A stretch of 64,000 nt of DNA. Origin: an uncultured bacterium. GTDB lineage: Bacteria; UBP4; UBA4092. Both the position numbers and the translations under genes were made by a program. Where the stretch lies: positions 1-64,000 of the forward strand of contig CAZXWN010000013.1 of the NCBI GenBank assembly GCA_964644695.1. The letters run 5' to 3'. The number at the start of each line of letters is the position of its first letter. Position 1 is the first letter of the stretch. Shown here one piece after another: positions 58,997 through 64,000 of this stretch. Below the pieces are notes generated by a model, which was given only the letters and a program-made list of their open reading frames with translations, did no database searches and was not told the origin of the DNA.

Positions 58997-61900
58997 TTAG
59001 AACAGAATATCATACCAGTCGATATTCAGATTCGGCTCATCCATATCCCGAATGTAATCGACTTCATAGACTTTTATTTTTCCGGCACTACTGTTTTTGG
59101 TCATATACTGAACCTGCTGCCAGGGACGACGGACCGGAGCCACCAGGTAATGCCATCCGTTACTAATATCACCAAACTGGGCGGAGGCAATCAACTGACC
59201 TCCTGCACTCCAGAAATCAGCTCCACCATTGCTTGCGACACCGTAACAAGCCATCAACAAAATGGCATCGTAAGAATTAAATGTACCCGACATCTTCTCC
59301 ACATTCATTTTCATGCCGGCCTGATAGTTTGGGTTGGCAGCCGCCGTGTAAATCCCTCCTGCGGCTGTCTTGGCTGTCACCTTTGAACCACGCTGATTAT
59401 TTCCAGTGGCAGCTCCCGCATAATCCAGGGTTAATGCTCCCCCATCAAAACCAAAGGCCACACCCGCAGGTGTCTCAGCCCCGTAGATTTCACTGGTTGC
59501 CCAGCCTGTGGTTAACTGGCCGATAGTGGACGGTTCCGAATAGGCATAGTTAGAATCAATATTGCCTACGGCACTCATTATTTGGGGTGGAGCACTGAAA
59601 TATTGTACAGATTGTAGATAAATCGTTCCGGGGGCACTGGCTTTCAGGATGATCTGCGGATAACCTCTTCCGGTAGAAGTTGTATAAATTGGAATATCTA
59701 TCCAGGACCAGGTGGTCGGCACACCGAAAAGAATATTTGCACCCAAATCTACTGTACTGTCACCCGGAATAATACCGCGGAAATTATACAGCTGCGCTTC
59801 CATGGTATTCCCCGGAGTGGGGCTACAAACACGGATCCGGGCTGTGTACCAGGTGGTGGAAACACAATTCACCATATTGCTGATTTGCGGTGTCAATTTG
59901 ATTCCCTGTGAACTCCCTGTGAATCCAAAACTAATAATCCCGGGGAGGGATCGGCCGGTTAAATCAGAAACGGTACTCACATAACTATGGCTCGGCAGCG
60001 TCAGGCCGCCGATAGCTTCAATACCGAAGTTTGCCTCAAAAGCACTGCTGGAACTGAAAGTGCCGCCTTTCTGCAAATCGGGATATACCGTAAAGGGTTC
60101 TGTTGTGATGTCTGTTGCAGTCGTAACATCTGCTATGGTGGCCAAGTCTTTGGGGGACGCATTTACATAGAAGGTCATACTGGAAGCTGTAAACCCACTA
60201 TATGTGGCCAACCGGATAGAAGAAGGTGATGAAAAAATGCCATCAATCAAAGATGAAACCGTACTGGTCGAGAACACCCACCATGCATCACCAAAGGAGG
60301 CGGGAATCGCTTTCCCATTGATGTCATACGCATAATCTATCGGATAAAAATCTTCAGAGCTGTTGGGTCTCATGGCAATATAGGGCATTTTCTTCATCTG
60401 GTAGGTTGAATACCTGACAAGACTGTAACTGGAAGAGGTCCCTCCACCATTGGTCATGGTGAAATAGGTTCTCCCAGAAGTGGGGGTTGAATACCCGGCT
60501 TGAGATACAGTGCTTCCGGATAAAGAAGTGTTCCCTAAAAAGTTGGTGGAAATGTTGTAACTGGTGGCCGGTTCTCCGAGATTATAATCAGCCAAAGCAA
60601 ACAAGTTAGAGGTTAAACTGGCATTCTTAAACATTTTGATATCTGGCAAAAATCCGAATGACGGCGGTGTGATTGTGGCTGCACTGGCGGTTGAAGTCAC
60701 GGCATAAGCCTTGATGCAAACATTACTGATTGCAATATCGGAATCACTGCTATTTTTCAAGTCTGTCCAGGAAGACCCTGCGGAACTCATCCAACTTTCA
60801 CCGGCATTGGATGCCGTAGTACAAAAATCAACACCACTGTTTGCTTCAGTAACAGGGTATTCGACTGGAATAGGATACTTATAACCTGGTGTCATATATC
60901 GGAAAACGACTGAAAACTTTTGGGATGCAGGAACAAAAACCGTCGAACTCAGGGTGATGGTCGAGAATCCAGAGGTAGCAACCGATCCGGTGGACTGGTA
61001 AACCAGTGTCCCGGTTCTGGGGCCTGTGCTGGATACATTCTTATATATATACAATTCATAGGAGGCGTTGGGAACCAGAAAATAAGTACCCACAGCCATA
61101 ATCGTGTCATTGGACTGTGCCGTGAAGACATTGGCACCCCAGGCTGTTGCTCGCGAATATCCTAAATCATTGGTATTCCCCATCGGGTCATATTGATAAA
61201 TGTGATTAAATACGGTGGTCGATTGCGGAGGTAAATATAAAGTGGCTTCAGATGGACCGGTCTGGTCATAATAAGAAAGATAGAAATAACCACTCTGACC
61301 CCAACTGGAACCCCAGCTGTTTCGGATGATCCAGGCACCATTCCCCGGAGGCGTTTGGGCGAACTTGGTAGAACTGAAAGAATCATCCCATCCGACAACA
61401 CTGACTTCATGGTTTGTATATTGAGTGGAGTCATTACAATAATAGGCTTTATTGGTGGAGTTGTAACAGGTATCCTCCCAATACAGACTCACGGCAACCG
61501 CCCCATGATTCATGATGGACTTTTTTAATTCATTTGAAGAAAACAGCCAATGCACATTCTGAGTATGTTTTACGACCGTGAGGTTTGAGGGTGAATTATT
61601 ATAGTCAACGGTACTGTAAGGATCCGCTGTTTCCAGAACCGGACCGGACCACCGGAGCAGATAAGCCGCCCCCATTGTGTCATTTCCACCATCACAGGGG
61701 GTCCATAAAAAACCATGGGTATTTTTCATGTTGTTCTCTGAAAAATCCCATGTTTCACCCGGTAACAACCCTGATTCCAAAGAAGCAAGAGTTCCAAATG
61801 TCCAACAAGACCCACAGCCCCCTTGATTACGAACGGCTGTCAGACGTGCGGTGGTTCTTAAATCATAAGAACTTGGGAATAAGGCTGATGCTTCAGAATC

Positions 61901-62149
61901 TTTATCAGGAGCAACGGCGCGATTTTTGAGATAACTCCTGTTAATGGGATTGGGGATTTTCCCCAAAGTGTACCAGTCTTTGGTAATCGACTGGGCTTTA
62001 CCCGTTTTTATTTTTTTCACATACTCTGTAAAAGCGGGATTAAGTGGCGCTTTCTTTAATGCTGGTTCCGTTGTTTCAGCATAGACATTGAGTGCAAACA
62101 AACTAAATAGTAAAAGAGATACTGCCAGCATCTTAACTTTGAACATCAT
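58997..62149 (-). CDS. Secreted papain-family (C1A) cysteine peptidase + lectin-like domain + conserved ~550-aa C-terminal module
   Basis: QGGCGSCWTF, NHEVSVVGWDD, RNSWG; IYQYD..CIKAY domain; C-terminus shared with two other genes. Confidence 0.9.
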   Translation of the reverse strand: MMFKVKMLAVSLLLFSLFALNVYAETTEPALKKAPLNPAFTEYVKKIKTGKAQSITKDWYTLGKIPNPINRSYLKNRAVAPDKDSEASALFPSSYDLRTTARLTAVRNQGGCGSCWTFGTLASLESGLLPGETWDFSENNMKNTHGFLWTPCDGGNDTMGAAYLLRWSGPVLETADPYSTVDYNNSPSNLTVVKHTQNVHWLFSSNELKKSIMNHGAVAVSLYWEDTCYNSTNKAYYCNDSTQYTNHEVSVVGWDDSFSSTKFAQTPPGNGAWIIRNSWGSSWGQSGYFYLSYYDQTGPSEATLYLPPQSTTVFNHIYQYDPMGNTNDLGYSRATAWGANVFTAQSNDTIMAVGTYFLVPNASYELYIYKNVSSTGPRTGTLVYQSTGSVATSGFSTITLSSTVFVPASQKFSVVFRYMTPGYKYPIPVEYPVTEANSGVDFCTTASNAGESWMSSAGSSWTDLKNSSDSDIAISNVCIKAYAVTSTASAATITPPSFGFLPDIKMFKNASLTSNLFALADYNLGEPATSYNISTNFLGNTSLSGSTVSQAGYSTPTSGRTYFTMTNGGGTSSSYSLVRYSTYQMKKMPYIAMRPNSSEDFYPIDYAYDINGKAIPASFGDAWWVFSTSTVSSLIDGIFSSPSSIRLATYSGFTASSMTFYVNASPKDLATIADVTTATDITTEPFTVYPDLQKGGTFSSSSAFEANFGIEAIGGLTLPSHSYVSTVSDLTGRSLPGIISFGFTGSSQGIKLTPQISNMVNCVSTTWYTARIRVCSPTPGNTMEAQLYNFRGIIPGDSTVDLGANILFGVPTTWSWIDIPIYTTSTGRGYPQIILKASAPGTIYLQSVQYFSAPPQIMSAVGNIDSNYAYSEPSTIGQLTTGWATSEIYGAETPAGVAFGFDGGALTLDYAGAATGNNQRGSKVTAKTAAGGIYTAAANPNYQAGMKMNVEKMSGTFNSYDAILLMACYGVASNGGADFWSAGGQLIASAQFGDISNGWHYLVAPVRRPWQQVQYMTKNSSAGKIKVYEVDYIRDMDEPNLNIDWYDILF

Positions 62150-62281
62150 CAGGACACCCCATTGTTTTATATATTTTTCACTTATTATTTTTTTGATTAA
62201 TATGTAGATTGTATACTATCTTGCTTAAAAAGCGAGTTATTTATTAACTTTAAGCGAATACGCCTGGTTATTTTACAAATT

Positions 62282-62313
62282 AAAAAGGGTAAGGCTGATT
62301 AGCCCTACCCTTT
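62282..62313 (-). terminator. Intrinsic terminator
   Basis: AAAGGGTAAGGCT..AGCCCTACCCTTT. Confidence 0.75.
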
Positions 62314-62332
62314 GTTTGTAACTATTAGAAAT

Positions 62333-64000
62333 TTATTTGCTCATAAAGAAGTAGCTGTGCCAGTCACGGTACAAATTGGGCTCATCCATATCCCGGATGA
62401 AATCCGTCTCCATGACTTTGATTTTCCCTGTACTGCTGTTTTTGGTCATATACTGAACCTGTTGCCAGGGCCGGCGCACGGGAGCAACCAGGTAATGCCA
62501 TCCATTACTGATATCTCCAAACTGGGCGGAGGCAATCAACTGTCCACCGGGACTCCAGAAATCGGCTCCCCCGTTACTCTCTACACCATAACAGGCCAAC
62601 AACAGGATGGCATCATAGGAATTGAAACTCCCGGACATCTTTTCAACATTCATCTTTATGCCGGCCTGATACCCCTGATTAGATGGGGCGGTATAAATGC
62701 CGCCGGCTGGAGTCTTGGCTGTTACCTTGGACCCTCTCTGGTTATTTCCAGTGGCGGCTCCAGTGTAATCCAGTGTTAAGGTTCCCCCATCAAAACCAAA
62801 GGTTACACCAACAGGTGTTTCTGTTCCATAGATTTCTCCCGTGGCCCAGCCTGAAGTTAACTGACTGTAAGAGGCTGGTTTCGAATAAGCATAATGGGCA
62901 TCTTTATTTCCATGAGTTTCCATCAGCTGGGGATTTCCAGTGAAATACTGCACCGATTGGAGATAAGTTGTACCGATAGAACTGGATTTCAAGATGATTT
63001 GAGGATACCCTTTCCCTGTATTTGTTGTACGAATGGGAATATCAATCCATGTCCAGGTGGTTGGCACCCCAAATAAAATGTTGGCACCTAAATCCACCGT
63101 ACTGTCTGCCGGAATAATACCGCGGAAGTTATACAGTTGGGCTTCCATGGAGTTCCCGGGATTGGGGCTAAAAACACGGATTCGGGCTGTGTACCAGGTA
63201 TCTGATAAACAATCCACCATATTACTGACACTCGGAGTCAGTTTAACGCCTTGGGAAGTGCCATTGAACGCAAAGGCAATGACACCGGGGAGGGACCGGC
63301 CACCCAAATCAGATACGGTCGCTTGGTAAGACCGGGTAGGTAATGATAACCCTGAAATTTCTTCAATACCATAATTGGCGGCAAACTGGGTATTGGAACT
63401 GAAAGTACCCCCCGCCAGTAAATCAGGATACACTTTCAAAGGTTCGATAACAATATCCCGTGCGGTTGATACCGCGGCAAGACTCGTCATATCAACGGGG
63501 GAAGCACTCACATATAAGGTGGCCTCATTTGAATTAAACCCGCTATAAGTGGTCAGCCGAATGTAAGAAGTGTTTGGCCATGTACCGCTGATAAGAGTTA
63601 GGGTCACAGTGTCCATCGAGAATAAACCCCATGAATCACCGAAGGAGGCGGGGATAGCCTTACCCGCACTGTCATAAGCATAGTCGCTGATATAGAAGTT
63701 CTCTGAGCTGTTCGGACGCATGGCAAGATAGGGAAGTTTCTTTATATTGTAGGTGGAATACCGGATATTATTGCCGGCCATTCCAAATCCTGCAGTATTC
63801 GTAATGCGGAAAAGATTTGAACCCACCGTCGCACTGGCATATCCTGCTTGTGATACGGTACTTCCGGATAATGAAGTTAAGTTCATAAAGTTTTGGGTCA
63901 GACTATAGGTGGTTCCGACACTCCCGGTATTAAAATCTTCCAAGTTAACCAGATTTGAAACAGCAGCGCTCCCCTTAAACAGTTTGAAGTCAGGGAAGGT
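62333..64000 (-). CDS. 5'-truncated gene carrying the same ~550-aa C-terminal module
   Basis: Frame is open to the window edge (TFPDFKLFKGSAAVSNLVNLEDF..); long identical blocks with the 58997 protein C-terminus. Confidence 0.88.
   Translation of the reverse strand, partial: TFPDFKLFKGSAAVSNLVNLEDFNTGSVGTTYSLTQNFMNLTSLSGSTVSQAGYASATVGSNLFRITNTAGFGMAGNNIRYSTYNIKKLPYLAMRPNSSENFYISDYAYDSAGKAIPASFGDSWGLFSMDTVTLTLISGTWPNTSYIRLTTYSGFNSNEATLYVSASPVDMTSLAAVSTARDIVIEPLKVYPDLLAGGTFSSNTQFAANYGIEEISGLSLPTRSYQATVSDLGGRSLPGVIAFAFNGTSQGVKLTPSVSNMVDCLSDTWYTARIRVFSPNPGNSMEAQLYNFRGIIPADSTVDLGANILFGVPTTWTWIDIPIRTTNTGKGYPQIILKSSSIGTTYLQSVQYFTGNPQLMETHGNKDAHYAYSKPASYSQLTSGWATGEIYGTETPVGVTFGFDGGTLTLDYTGAATGNNQRGSKVTAKTPAGGIYTAPSNQGYQAGIKMNVEKMSGSFNSYDAILLLACYGVESNGGADFWSPGGQLIASAQFGDISNGWHYLVAPVRRPWQQVQYMTKNSSTGKIKVMETDFIRDMDEPNLYRDWHSYFFMSK

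Noticed and set aside
58997-64000. Diversity-generating retroelement TR/VR pair among the duplicated sequences
   Set aside because: Differences look like ordinary, largely synonymous divergence across long CDSs rather than adenine-specific changes, and no reverse transcriptase is present.

Overview
A 64-kb chromosomal window from a diderm bacterium (it encodes an outer-membrane beta-barrel-like protein, a PilQ-like protein and lipoproteins); the lineage cannot be assigned from sequence alone. I see no rRNA, tRNA, CRISPR array, transposase or integrase. Core content: an Rrf2/CymR-led sulfur amino-acid operon (rrf2, DUF3034-like OMP, metY, cbs, cystathionine gamma-lyase/synthase, cysK), dapB, pyrC, suhB, larE, namZ, an NtrC-family regulator, a CoA-disulfide reductase-rhodanese and many secreted carbohydrate-active enzymes. 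Two AT-rich islands are present: TcmP + DUF5131 at 1-1690, and HTH-Panacea antitoxin + RelE-like toxin + KAP NTPase at 46.75-49.34 kb. Both lie next to clusters of the same composite, structured non-coding repeat (9-bp periodic arrays plus a covarying double hairpin). Other unexplained signals: a dispersed 22-bp intergenic motif (5 copies), three large proteins sharing an unrecognised ~550-aa C-terminal module, a Ser-Thr dipeptide bias in exported proteins, and two orphan phage-like genes sharing a ~35-bp upstream element. Family assignments come from motif recognition by eye, not database searches.
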